Origin: Girardia tigrina
Taxonomy: Eukaryota
Length of the DNA stretch: 64,000 bases
Direction: 5' to 3'
Assembly: GCA_001938485.1 (NCBI GenBank)
Contig: MQRK01202524.1
Location: forward strand, 1 to 64,000
The position numbers and the translations under genes were made by a program. Below are positions 25,221 through 38,080 of this stretch, piece after piece (position 1 is the first letter of the stretch; each line of letters starts with the position of its first letter). The notes below the pieces were generated by a model. It did no database searches and was not told the origin of the DNA. It was given only the letters and a program-made list of their open reading frames with translations.

Positions 25221-27639
25221 AATTTTACAGGGTCCATTTAGGTAAAAGGTAAATCACGTTCAGAATCATACTTCAGTTCCTCATAAACCTTTCTGTATTA
25301 ACATCAAATTATCCTGAGGATTCCAAACATGTAGACGAATGAACAACTGTGGTACTCACAGAATTTTTCGATTCTTGGTGACAATGACATCAGTTTCAAT
25401 GATTTGAAACCAATTTCCGACAATATTTTACTTCTACAATAACATGTCTCCTCTGTCGTTAACAAATTAAGAAACAGGTAAAGATGCATTATACGATTAA
25501 ATATTGACAATATCTTTGTCGTAAAATACTTATTATAAGTAAACCTTCTTCAAAAAACTTTTTGCGTGGTTCGGAATATTAAATTTAACAAAAATTAATT
25601 TTTTTGTATTACTAAAAGTTTACATTGAATTTTACTTTTTTGATTTTTGAATTATTCATTTTTTTATAATTTTAAATTACCCTTTCTTTGTAATAAATAT
25701 TATATATCGTTTTGGGATTTTCAATATAGTTTATTTTTTTTAATTTTTGAAAATATAATATTAAATTTGAACCTTCTAAATACATTATTTGGCTTGATAT
25801 TTTTTAGAAAAAGTTTTAATTGCGAGCAAATATATGGGTGTTTGTATTCAATTTCCACACAAAATGTATCAATAATTAAAAAATGTGACTCCTTATTTAA
25901 TATTTAATGACTTATTTAATATTTAGCTAAGGAAAGTAATGCTTGAGCATATATTAGGTTACATAATGAAACATGAGTCCCTTTTATATATTTCAAACAT
26001 TTAAAATCTAGTTATAAAAGGATATTTGGAATTTCGGCTTGGTAATACTTGTTCTGCTTCATGTGAAGAATCCTCTTCTTCCTCATGAACATTCGCAAGT
26101 TAAGACTATATGTACTATTTTACTTGGCTCAAGGTCAGTGGCATAAGGTACAATAAGGCAAAAGTTGGATTTTTTGATCTTGAGTATTATACATATCATT
26201 AAAAGGTAGTTTAAGGTGGTTAATTATCCTAATAAAAAAGAAATTTTTCCGGTTTTTTAATCTAGTTCTTATGAACCGTATATCTGTGTAAAATGTTGAA
26301 AATAGATTTTTATTTCAAACTTCTCAGAGAGCGAAACTTATACTCAACCCTTTTAAATTCCACCCAACAAAAAATAAATCTTGCGTTCGAGGTGTACCCC
26401 TTTAGCCAATGATTTTATGGATCTATATATATTTAATAAGAAAATTTTACAATTCATTTTCATATATTTTAGTATTTCTTTTGAAGGACGTTAGAATTTT
26501 TTGAGTTATTTTTAGGCTCCCTTTTTCCTGTTACCAATTTCAACATTTTAGTTTTTTAATTAGTTTTTGAAGATGAAATATTCTATAATCCTTTTTTCTT
26601 TTAACTACAAGATTCTTTTTAATGAAGTAATTAAAACGGTTTAAATTCCATCTATTTTTTATTTTAAAATTTATTTTATAAAATATTTTAATATTATATA
26701 AAACACAAATTATTTTTTTGAAAAATTAATTTCAGAAAATTTTATATTTTATATTAAATAAAAACACTGTTGTTATCAAATGGGAATATGTGTAATTTTA
26801 TTATGTTAATTCAACTGTGATACAGAAAAAAACTGTTTCATTAAATATTAATGATAAATTTATATTTTAAATGACGTAAAAGCAAACGTTATAAAATTAA
26901 TATTTATTTTACTATTTTTTTATTTATTCTAAGCATTGAAAATAAAAAATATAAGATAAAATAAAAGAAACTGAAAATGTAACAATTGTAAAAGATAATT
27001 TGTGAATAATTATCAGAAGAATAATAATTTAGAAAGATTATTATTATATTATTATTATTATATTATTATTATTATATTATTATATTATTAAATATTAAAA
27101 ATATTTAAAATCTTTAATGCTTAAATTAGTATTTAATTTTTCTTTAGCAATATATTATCTTTAATATTTTTTTAGTATTGAAAAGTGAGTTACAAAAAGC
27201 TTCCGTATTTTATTTAACATTTATTGTACTTTAATAAAATGAAAATGTATTACTATATTATATTTTCTACCTCAATAAATATAACTTTCTCCCAGTTTAC
27301 TGATATCTGTTTATTTCTCTGTTTTCTGCGATAGAGGGTCGAAATGTTCGAAGAAGAAAGGGTAGAAAAGGAAATATAAGCGAATTATTATTTTTTACAA
27401 ATCACTTTAAAACATCTTTCCATGTAAAAAATATTTTAAACAACCGAATTAGCTTCTTCAAAAAAATCGAGGTTTTTGTCATGATCTCCTACAATAAATG
27501 ACAGAGATGGTCAGTAATGTGTTTGTTTCACTAGTGTATATTACAGTTTGTTTAATATTTTTCTATGTAAGTGGTTCATTCAATAAGTATCCTAATTAGT
27601 TATTAAAAGAAACCAACAAGAATGGCTTATTTAAACATA

Positions 27640-28100
27640 AGAACAACAAGAGTATTTATATTTTTGTTCAATATAAGACACATTTGAAGCATACAATTTC
27701 TCCAGCGTCGCAAGAGTAACAAAAGGTTTTTAAAAACATGTAAGGTTTCATCTTTCAAAAATAGTTCAACATTCTGTTCCAAAGCTGAATCATTTAAGTA
27801 GATTATTTATAGCAAATGTTTCTCCATATCTTTGAATAGATAAAAGTCAGTAGGCGCAAGAGTGGGGCATCATATATGGTTTACATCTATACCGAATTCC
27901 TTTACCTAAATAACTATCATTTTTCCATACTTTGGTGAGTAGGGGTTTTTTCTGGTAAACATAAGAGGTAGAACTGTGGCTATAGGTGATTACGTTTGCA
28001 TTTGTCCCTAAGGTTGTCATAGTTGATTTAATTAATTTGCGAACCTTCTCAGTGAAATCCATTCAGGATTTACTACTTCTCTCCTAAAACTCTGTCAGTA
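27640..28100 (-). mobile_element. Decayed mariner C-terminal remnant
   Basis: PTLAPTDFYLFK...RRWRNC on the minus strand. Confidence 0.55.
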
Positions 28101-28449
28101 TCAGTGATTTGCAATGACATGTTTCAGTTATCATCTTTTTATACTTCGTTTTACCAAAGAATTTTCATTTACTGGTTTCTGAAATTTTCTCAGAAACATA
28201 AAGGAATAAAGGGGTTTTACATGACATATATATGGCATATACTGATGTCATCAGCTACATTTGTTTTATAATAATGACCTAGATGAGGATTCCCCAAATT
28301 AATGTGCTTAAATTGTTGCCTTTATGCACATTAAGGCTGATAATTCTTCAGTCAGTCTGTGTAACATTATTACATCAGAATATAAGCCTCTTCTGATTGT
28401 GACGGAGAACTGTGTATTACAAATAACAATTAGCATTGGCGCACAGGGT

Positions 28450-28935
28450 ACTCAATCATAAGCTCTTTATTGGGTAGAAACCATTTGAAATATAATAAGT
28501 TTTCTGATCCTCTCACACGGCTTCGGATGCAAGAGTGCGAGCTTTCTGAGAATATTACTGAGAATATGTTACAAACCCTTTACCCTGGGATGGATGTACG
28601 TCTGATAATCATTATTGTAGGCACTTTTGGCTCATGAGGTCCATAGAATTCAGACTTTCTCAGAGATCTTTCTCAGGTGTAAACTCTGCTGATGCTGAAA
28701 AACATCAATTCATCATGCGAGCATTGGATGAAGTTTGTTTAATTTGCTCCGCTGGTGAACCCTTTACCAATATTAAACGACGAGAGCGATGGTGACCCGG
28801 GAGCAACGGCTGTGACTACCCCAATGCCAGATGCCCAGACAATTGCAATACCGATGATGACACATGATCACGACTCGAATGATGACATCCAAATTTATGA
28901 CTCTGGTGACCAGATTATCTCGAAAACGCATTAGT
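28450..28935 (+). mobile_element. 3' fragment of an RLE-type non-LTR retrotransposon
   Basis: YPGMDVRLIIIIVGTFGS*GP*NSDFLRDL aligns with YPGWNIKLGTIVVGCLGSWPEKNNEVLEDL of the 52410-55914 element. Confidence 0.6.
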
Positions 28936-29299
28936 CAGAATTCTCAATTGAATCCGTGAAAAGTATTTTTGATCACAGTTTTTATTAAAAAATTTAATCT
29001 CATCCTTATCATAGGTTACATGTTTTGCTACAAAAAATTTCGAACTTAAGATTTTCCTTATCTCTAAAAATGAATAAAAGCTTTTTAAAAACAGTTATTG
29101 TTTTTTTATTTGTTAAAAGGAATAAGGAATATTATATCCTTTAATTGTATCTTACAGAAGATATACAATAAATTACGTGTTTTTTAGCTTGATCGAAGTT
29201 TGCCAATTTTATGTTTTATTTTAAGGAACAGATCTATCGATATTTTCGTAATTTAAAAAATGTTCTATTATTTATTTTAATTATTTTACGTATTCTGCC

Positions 29300-30310
29300 T
29301 ATTTTTTTGACGAAACTTTTAAAATCATTATCTTTCCCATAAGGATCGTGAACAAACAGAGAAATTCAGGAGTCAATAAATTCAATAAAGGCTTCATTGA
29401 ATTCCTACCTAAGAATGTTTCAAAGTCTTGTAGAATCTGATTCAACATTAACTGTGCAAGAAATTTAGAATAGCCTTGGGAATTCCTTGATCAGCAATAC
29501 AAAAAACATCTTCTTTAAATCGGGATTATAAGTCGTTAAAGTGGTTTGGTTAAGCATACATTTTTGGAAATACATGAGGAACAAAGATAATCAATTAGTT
29601 CGAAATTTTAACCATACGTAGCAATATCTCGTTTCTAATAGATTTATTTTAGGAGAGAAGAAGTGGACTCAATATACCAATTTAAAACTGTTTAAACATT
29701 CACTCTCTTCAATTTACCCTCAGTACTTATACCAAAACCGTATTTAACCACTAAGAACTTGTTGCTTTTCACTGGTTTGGATTCTACTGACATGTTTAAT
29801 TTTTAATCGTTAGAACCTGGCTCAGTCATCAATACTAAACTTTATTGTCAACAATGGAATCGGTTACAAGTTTAAATCATGAAAATAAGTCAGGTCTTTT
29901 CAACGGAAACAAAGTTAAAATATTTGGTATGCTACTGTTGTTCAACTGGACACTCGGATTCCTTGCGCTTCAAACCACTTAACTGTGGAGAGTGCTGACG
30001 ACCGAGAATCGTAATTGACGTCGCTTCAACACTGGAAAGTTACTCTGTTCCTGTAGTCTTTCGACCCGTAACGGGTCATGTACAAGTACTGCTCCCCCTT
30101 TGACCACGGTGTCCTCTGGATCTCGTATGTAATAATGTCTCGGTTGATCCCTCATCAGTGAAGCATCATACGCCCTATTCGTCCAAAAGCATAAGTCGAG
30201 AAGTCAGTACAACAATTTTTATCACTTATAACTTTTGCTCCATTTTTCATCAGTTAAACAAATTTTATTTTTCAATCAACATGTAATTTTTACAATATAC
30301 ATCTAATTTC
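29300..30310 (+). mobile_element. Decayed mariner remnant with a GC-rich insert at ~29930-30160
   Basis: Traces of GEKKW..Y, INTKLYCQQ and HHTPYS flank the insert. Confidence 0.5.
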
Positions 30311-31245
30311 CGATAAAATATTTTTTTATAATTCACATAATTTAAGTGCAGTATTTACAGCAAAATTTTCAGGAGCATTCGAGCTATTTTTAGTTATCCT
30401 TCAGAAAAAAGAATCCAAGAAAATATTTTGCAACTAGGGAGACACATTCCACCACCCACTCTTCTTAAAATAGAGCCCTTCAGACAGCATCTCCATATAT
30501 CAATAAATTATCATCTTAAAAATAAAAGAAAAAGTAAGTCAAACATTTTGCTTAAAAATATTTTTCGTCACGACCTTTAAGTTTTGTCAAGCCGGTTATC
30601 GATCTAAATCTTTGAAAAACGTTTATAGATAATAATGATGATTGAGTATTTGATAAAATTTCTATACAGACATTAAAAATTTTTGGATGATATTTTCATT
30701 AAAAATAATTAATTACTTTTCAGTACTTTAATACATAAAAATTTTGTATAGACAGTACTTAACAGTTTAGAATGCTTTAATAAGCTAAGAGCATTAAATA
30801 ATTTAATATTAATTTTGTTGTAAATAATTTTCAGATTCTTCAAATTGGATGTAAAATGTCTGTTTCAAGCGTCTGAAAGACGTTCAACAAATTTTAATAT
30901 TTGTTAAAGAAGATTATTAAAAGAGCTTTTTGTAAGAGAAAACTCACTAATTAACAACTTGGGAGTAGTTAGTTTAGTTTATATTTTTAAATAAAAATAA
31001 ATGAATAAATATTTATTAAACATTAAGTATTGAAAAATACTCACCAAAGAAAAATAAAAAAAGTATAAATATTCTTAACTGAATATATAAATATTAATAA
31101 TATATAAATATTAATATTATTGGGAGGATGGGAAGAGTCATTACTTTTTAAAAGCTAAACTAATTATTAATAAAATTTAAAAGATAATAATATAATGTAA
31201 TGTGAAATATATAAAAAGTTGAAAGTAAATTAAAGGAAAACTAAC

Positions 31246-31371
31246 TTTGGGATATTCGGCCACCAACTTGGAAAAGTTATTGAAAAAGGTTTTCCTCTGA
31301 TTCATAGATTTATATTCAAGGGACAGAAATACTTCCAAAGATTTAATAAAAGGTTCATTAAAACATTTGAG
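31246..31371 (-). CDS. SCYL2: SCYL2-like exon (LKCFNEPFIKSLEVFLSLEYKSMNQRKTFFNNFSKLVAEYPK), start of HEAT region
   Basis: tttcag acceptor, gttag donor, 126 nt, phase 0-0. Matches SCYL2 FFDD...TLQYFD...QKSQFFKGL...LPK. Confidence 0.8.
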
Positions 31372-32039
31372 CTGAAAAAACGAGAAACAATTATATTTTA
31401 TTACATTTTAAAAGTATTTTTCAAATAATATATTCCTCATGTTTAACACGTTTTTCTATTTTCGGTTTCTGTTTGCTTGTTTGGATCAAAATTTTAAGTC
31501 ACTTTTTTCACTCTTAGCTCTTTTTTGGTCGATCTATAATTTTTTATGTGGCCCTCTTTCAATTCCTTATTTCATTTTAAGTCAACCTTTGTCTATTTAA
31601 AGAGATTTTTTAAGTTATACTATGAACAGCGCAATGATTTGTTGTTTAATGGGGATATATTTTCTTAACGTTTGTTTCCAGACGAGAATTATCCCCATCG
31701 AAAATATCGGGTCCTTGGATTGTCAGGTCCATTGTAGAAGTGGTCGCTATGTTAATTACTCCGCATGTTTCGGTCCGTTTATCAAGAAAACAACACTCTT
31801 CTTTTGAAAACATTTATTCAAGAACAAGAATATACAATCACGCTTAATTTAAATATTCACCGAAAATCTGAATATTAAAACAAATATATTTATTTGTCAT
31901 ATATTCATTTTATCATTTAATAATTCAAATTAAGATCATCGTGTTAATAATTACATTGAACGGGAGAGAACAACATACTCAACAAATTTCAATCAACCAC
32001 ATTAATTATCAGACAAACCCCTCACAAGGTGGGAACGAA

Positions 32040-32700
32040 AGTTTTGTCTGCAAATTAACATTTTCTTAAAAGCAACCTTTTTACAATAAAAAGGGGTTGT
32101 TTTCTTTAATGTAACCGTCATTTCTTTCGATTATTCTTCTCCAACGAAGTTTGCAACAAGAAATATCTTCGGAGGTAAAACTCTGGCATTTCTATTTAGA
32201 CTATACGATGAATGCTTAAGAACATACCAACCACATTTTAAAGTTTTTTGCGCGTCCGATGTAAAAATTGAGGTCTGGAGTTGTCTTGGTGAAAACAAAC
32301 ACGAGCTGTGTTGACACGACGAACACGCATAGTGGCCTGAACACATTCTAATTTGATGCAGCAAATCTTCAGAAATGATGGTTTGACAGTGCGGAAGGAG
32401 TTCCCAGTGAATAGGTCCTAATGTCCTCGATTAAACGTACAACGACACCTATTTTTGATGCGGATCCCTTCGAGGCGTACGTTTTCCAAGTAGATCTAGA
32501 CTTAGTATTTCATTTCTGGCTATCATAGACAACTCACTTCTCATCGCATGTCAAATTCGTTGCAATCCTCCACGTTATAAAGTTCCTTTACAAGACACCA
32601 AATATTGAATGTAAACGGAAAACAACAAGCAATTCTATAATACCCATTCTGAAGAACCCTCAGTTCATTAACGGTGTCTCGCGCTTCTTTTCCAAAAAAA
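32040..32700 (-). mobile_element. Decayed mariner remnant
   Basis: WELLPHCQTIISEDLLHQI...H.PYS-type motifs on the minus strand. Confidence 0.5.
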
Positions 32701-33179
32701 ATTAAAAAATAATAAATTCGACAAATTCTAAAATTATCGTTTCTCTGTTCGTATAAAAAAAGTATTCTCGTATTTACGAAAAAGTTATTTTCACATCAAA
32801 AATTTATCTTTTTATTGCATTAATACATCAAAAAATAGTTACCTAAATTTTTATTTATTTTTACTTTTTTAAATGTTTTTTTCACAACTAATTAATTAAT
32901 TTTTATATATTTTTTTAAATGATTATATTGACTTCACTAAAACTAAATCGCAAAATGAAAATTTAAGTAAATCGTGAAGGATTATTAATTTAAATCGGAC
33001 GTAAAACGCTTCAGCTAAAGAATATTATTGCTCATTTCTAAATTTATTCCTTTCTCGAGGGACCTCAGACGACCGATGTAAATAATCTAGTACAGAATAG
33101 ATTGATTTTGTTGACTATTTTAATTAATTATATTTTATTATCATTAATATCTTATTTCATATATCTTTCTAGGGTTTCT

Positions 33180-33666
33180 ATCTTGTTCTACTTTTTATTC
33201 TGTAATAAATGATGTAGATTAACTTCATTATTTTTATTAGAATTATTAATGATGGCGGTGTTAACGTAGCGTGTACAGGTACGTCGAGGCGGCACTGTGG
33301 CGCTAGGTAATGGCCGGAAGCTTTATTGTATCTGATCACTATTGATAATTTATCAATCATAACTTGTCGATGAGCGACTCATCTTTCGGATCGATTCCTT
33401 GCCTTTTGTAATTATCCTAGAGAGGAAAAGACAATTTTTATGAGCTTTTATTTTAAACTGTCATCATTTTTTGTCCTTTCTTTCATTTAAAGAGTTTCCT
33501 GTACTTTCTTGTTTCAATTCCTGTCGTATATGAATTTGTGATCCTTCGCTCCGAATTCATCACGTAAATTGTCGATGAAGTAATTTGCGTCTTTATCAGA
33601 TAAAGATTTTTTAATTTGCGTTTAGAAAGGATCAAATCGAGAATCGATTTCGCTATTTTTCGTCAT
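33180..33666 (-). pseudogene. Decayed ORF of unknown family, just downstream of the tandem hammerheads
   Basis: MTKNSEIDSRFDPF*TQIKKSLSDKDANYFIDNLRDEF... Its tail PQCRLDVPVHATLTPPSLIILIK resembles PEFRLSTPSRRSHKTTAPVPLSIIDLK at 20400-20490. Confidence 0.35.
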
Positions 33667-33911
33667 TTGGTTTCGGTAAGAAATTTAAATTTTTTATTGA
33701 AATGAAGGAATTCGAATTAAACTATTTTAATATCCATTAATTTCAAGAAAAAGTCGCCAAATAACAAAAATAATTTTATTTTCGCAAACTCACACCAGCA
33801 ATGTCATTTACAGATTTAATGCGTTTAAACAACGCAAAATTTTCAAATTAATTTTCAAAATCACATTTTCTTTTTTTATAAACAAATAAATGCCATTAAA
33901 AAATATATTTT

Positions 33912-33954
33912 GTGATAATATATTTCGACGGTTTACCCGTCATCATCAGATCAC
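33912..33954 (-). ncRNA. Minimal type I hammerhead ribozyme (Penelope/retrozyme type), intact
   Basis: gtgat-CTGATGA-t-gacgg(gtaaa)ccgtc-GAAA-tata-TT^atcac. Perfect stem I, perfect 5-bp stem II, palindromic stem III. Confidence 0.85.
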
Positions 33955-34286
33955 TGATTATGTTCTTTTTCATTGCTTTTATATAAGAAATGAATGAATA
34001 TGTAATCACTTACGTAAATCTAATCGAAAACTCTTAACAAATTAGTTGAGAGTGCTGTTTGAACATTGATTTTAGGATCACATGATCTTATCAACAATGC
34101 TTCAAATGACACTCTCCCAATAATTTTTAAAATGCTTGCACATAATCTTAAAATCATTTATGCTCATATTAATATCTTTTTTTTAATTCTTTTTTTTATA
34201 ATAATATTTTTTAATATATCTTTTTTTGTAAATAAATTTGAAAAAATGACAAATGATTGAAATTAAAATTCAAAAGCCAATTGAAA

Positions 34287-34328
34287 TTGTTTATTAATTT
34301 CGACATTTAACCGTCATCTTCAGAACAA
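34287..34328 (-). ncRNA. Minimal type I hammerhead ribozyme, intact core
   Basis: ttgtt-CTGAAGA-t-gacg(gttaaa)tgtc-GAAA-ttaa-TA^aacaa. Perfect stem I with different sequence from the neighbouring copy. Confidence 0.8.
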
Positions 34329-34489
34329 CTGATTTTTTAAAAGAAATGTACTTATATACTCACGGTTTTGATTATGCAATCAATAAATCATTAAAAAACT
34401 CAGTTTTATTTTCAAAATATTTGACACAAAAAAAGATGGCCCAGATAATTTGTAAGTAATAAATAGAAGTTTTTTCAATAATATATACT

Positions 34490-35760
34490 GAGCGACAAAT
34501 TTTTTAACACACTTACATTTTAGTTTATATCGTAGTGATATGTACAAATATTAAAATTTTTATGTGTTATTTTAAATTTTAAGGTTTAGAAAAAGTAAAT
34601 AAAAATTTTTCACTAATTAAATTGCATTTGTGTTAAAAATTTATTGAAAAATTAAATTTCATGCATAGTTAAAAACGACAAATTTTTAAAAATTTATTCT
34701 AGGACATTAAACTGTTGTACAGATTTCCATTCACTTTTAATATCGTGCACAGTCGACTTCTTATTGACCTATACAATTCGATAACAATGTCTTCTAGATG
34801 AGTTAATCAAGTGTATGGCTTTTTTGATGGATAAGCATAATTCTGCCTTATTTTTATACTGAGCGCCATCGTAAACATTGTCGGATATTTTCTTCCATAT
34901 GTCCTCAGTAATATTTAAATCTGGACTTTTCGTAGGTCAATTAAGTACAAAAATTTAACTTTCTTTCATAAAGTCCTTTATAAGTTTGTTTTTATGAACC
35001 GGACTATTGTCTTGCTGGAAGTAGAAATTATCACCACAGTTAAGTTTTATGATAGGAATAACATTATGTGTTACTAATTGCTTATAATCTTTAGATCCGA
35101 ATTTTCCTCCTATGATTTTGTATGAAAGAAGTTCGTAAGGCAGAACCATCATCCAGACAATAACACTACCCTCTTTACATTGGCGCTTTTGACGAATATA
35201 TTTCTCGATTTTTTTGTACATATGTTCTCCAATCGCCTGGCCCTTCCAATGTGAATCTTTTCTCATCCGTAAATATTGTCGTTTCCCAACTGTGGTTTTC
35301 GCTAATCCATCTAGAAATATGATCAATTCTATCATTCTTCTGCTTCCTTGATAACGATATTTCTGCTTTAATTTTTTGATATTTGTAACCTACAGCTATC
35401 AGATGTCTTTGTGCTGTCCAATTTGAACAATTTAAATCGCATTCTACAATCAATTTGGACGAATTAAGTTTTTGAAAATTTGACTGCAAATGTTTTATCG
35501 TCCCCTTAATTGATAACTTCATATTTTTTTAAAATTTTTGTCGTGGTCCTGATTTCTTGAGACATCTTTTCTTATTATATCGACAAAGATTAATTTCCGA
35601 ATTTCTAGAAATCGATAATCTTCTAGAAATCTCTGAATAACTCAACCCTTCCGTTTTCCACTTCCTTGTCAAATATCTATCAAAATTACTCCTCGTTGCT
35701 GTCTAGAATTTAAGAAAATATTTGTATATTTATAAATAATAACAATTAAACTGGGAAAAT
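34490..35760 (-). mobile_element. Tc1-like element, frameshifted transposase
   Basis: HTH (LSYSEISRRLSIS), IFTDEKRFTLEGP, FQQDNSPVH, SPDLNITEDIWK. Confidence 0.85.
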
Positions 35761-36159
35761 TGTTTAATAATATAAAAAATTTTACTGTTTTAAAAAATAT
35801 GTCGACTTTGAATTTTTACGTAATAAATAAATTTAAATGATTTATTTAAACAAAATGCTTTATCCATTTCCATTTATACTAAACATAACAGTTGACAAAA
35901 TTATTTGATTCACTACATTAATTACTCAAAATAATGGTAGAACTTTAAAGTTACGGATGTTTATGTCCCCTTTACAATTTTTACTATGTCCAGCAATATT
36001 ACTTCCAATTTCCTTACAACAATGTTTCTGAATTTTCTTACAGAGATGACACTATGCCTTTGTAATGTATGCGACATTACAACGATTATGTGTTTATTAG
36101 TAAAAGAGATCCGAACACAATCCTAACGGTGTTGAAGATTTATTACTAAACAACTTTAT

Positions 36160-36325
36160 TGAGGGTTTTTAATGATGTATTGATGACACATTGATTGCAT
36201 AATAATTGCCGGCAATATATAAGTACATTTCCTTTGTAAAAAACCAGTTGTACTGAAGATAACGGTTAATCCATGGAAATTAATAAACGATTTCAATAGG
36301 CTTTTGAATTTTAATTTCAATATCT
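36160..36325 (+). repeat. Inverted, decayed copy of the 34255-34400 hammerhead-containing repeat (core at 36248-36290)
   Basis: cagttgtaCTGAAGAtaacggttaatccatgGAAAttaataaacgatttcaataggcttttgaattttaatttcaa matches the reverse complement of 34255-34331. Stems I and II are mismatched. Confidence 0.75.
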
Positions 36326-36800
36326 TCTTTTAATGATAAATGTCTTTTAACATTTTTTTGCATTAAAATGCAATTTGAAAACCTACATCAAATGTTAAAA
36401 ATAATTTACAAAATTTCAGCAAACAGCAGAATGAATTTAATGAATGAACTGTGAGACTCTCTGGATAACAATTTGATCTTTGTCTTTATAGTCTTATTCT
36501 TCATCCCATTCATTCGTTTGATAAATCGCCATTTGATTTTAATTATATATAATCAATATAAAGTTCCAATATAACGGATTCGATATTGATAACACTTTTC
36601 AATTTCGAATTTTTACTCTCCCCCCAGGGTGGAACGGAATAAATACTGTTGTCAATATAATTTACTTTTGTAATTATTAGATATAATTATTAGTATGCTT
36701 TTATAATTTCATTTACTTTATGTATAGATAAACATTTTAAAAACAAGGTTTAGATTTTTTGAAAGAATTTCAAAGTTCCTTTTCTTTTAGAAATGTTATC

Positions 36801-37270
36801 TGTGAGGAATATTTTAAATTGTATGATTGTGTCAATGTGTTGATGATTTAAGTATGTTGAATTTAGAATGGTGATTCGCCCACCCAGATGGAAAATGGTA
36901 TTTTTTACATTTACAGGGATTGACTTTTCGAACATAATTAAAATAATAATTTGATAAGTTTATATTTTCAAATTAACAATTACAATTAAGTTTATTTTTT
37001 TTTAAAAAAAAGAAAATCATTTAATTAGATTAAAATTAAATTCATTTTTAACAATTTTATAATGTTTTTATCATTCTGAGTTTTTATAAAGAAACGTTTA
37101 AAATTATTATTTTTAATTAATGTCTTTGGAAATTAAATATTTTAAAAAGAATAAGAAAAAATTGTTCGAATAATCATGATTAAAAATAGAAATTAAAAAA
37201 CCAAATAGAGCGATATCAAACGATGAAAGATCTTCCGAGAGTTGGGATGACTCCAAATGTGATAATAATA
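36801..37270 (+). repeat. Gypsy LTR/leader fragment (TGTGAGGAAT family)
   Basis: Starts tgtgaggaat. Homologous in inverted orientation to 39965-40430. Confidence 0.75.
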
Positions 37271-37963
37271 ATGAAAATGATAATGAAAATTGTTTCCATG
37301 TTCTTAACACTATGTTTATATCGATCGACATCAAAAATCCTCTAAAGTTATCGATAAAAGACAAAAAGGCAAGATTTTTTAAATGGACATATTTGTATGC
37401 TTGAGCCTATTACAAGTGATAATACAAATAAGTTAGGCAAAAGTAACCCTCGAGTGGGATAATTAGTATATTTTTGATTAACAAACTTACTTATAAAACA
37501 ACATACTTGATCTTTTCCGAATAACAAACAAAAGGTTTAGAAAGAAACCCCCAAATCTTACAAGATTTATCAGATTCCCTTATTATTTTAAATATGGGAA
37601 AACAGCAATAAAAAAAACAAACGTAAATTGTATTATTTTAATAAAATTAAGGGAGCATTATAATTCCAGAAAGAAATAGGTATACGTTTATGATTGATTA
37701 TAATTAATTAATATTATATTTTTTATATTTTTGTTTAAAAAATAATAAATTATATAATAATATTATTTGATGTAATAAAAAATACAAATATATAATGAAA
37801 ATTTATCAATTATTTTAATGCTATTAACATATTTCTATATTTTAATGAATATTAAACATGTCATTGGAGATATAATTGCTATTAATTGATTATATTGTTT
37901 AGTTCTCATATTTTAAAATTATATATATATAATATTTCATGAATTTCGTGGAGAAAAAATTAC

Positions 37964-38080
37964 CATAGAAATTAGTTGCGGCGTTGGCCGGCTTTTTGCG
38001 TCGATACAGAGCAGCTTCCTCAACGGTTCTATCAAGTCTCTCGGGATATTTTCTGATATTCTGTTAAAAACAACGGGTAA
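37964..38080 (-). CDS. SCYL2: SCYL2-like exon (LPVVFNRISENIPRDLIEPLRKLLCIDAKSRPTPQLISM)
   Basis: ttcag acceptor, gtaatt donor, 117 nt, phase 0-0. Kinase subdomain XI (LL..D...RP). Too short for the ORF track. Confidence 0.85.
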
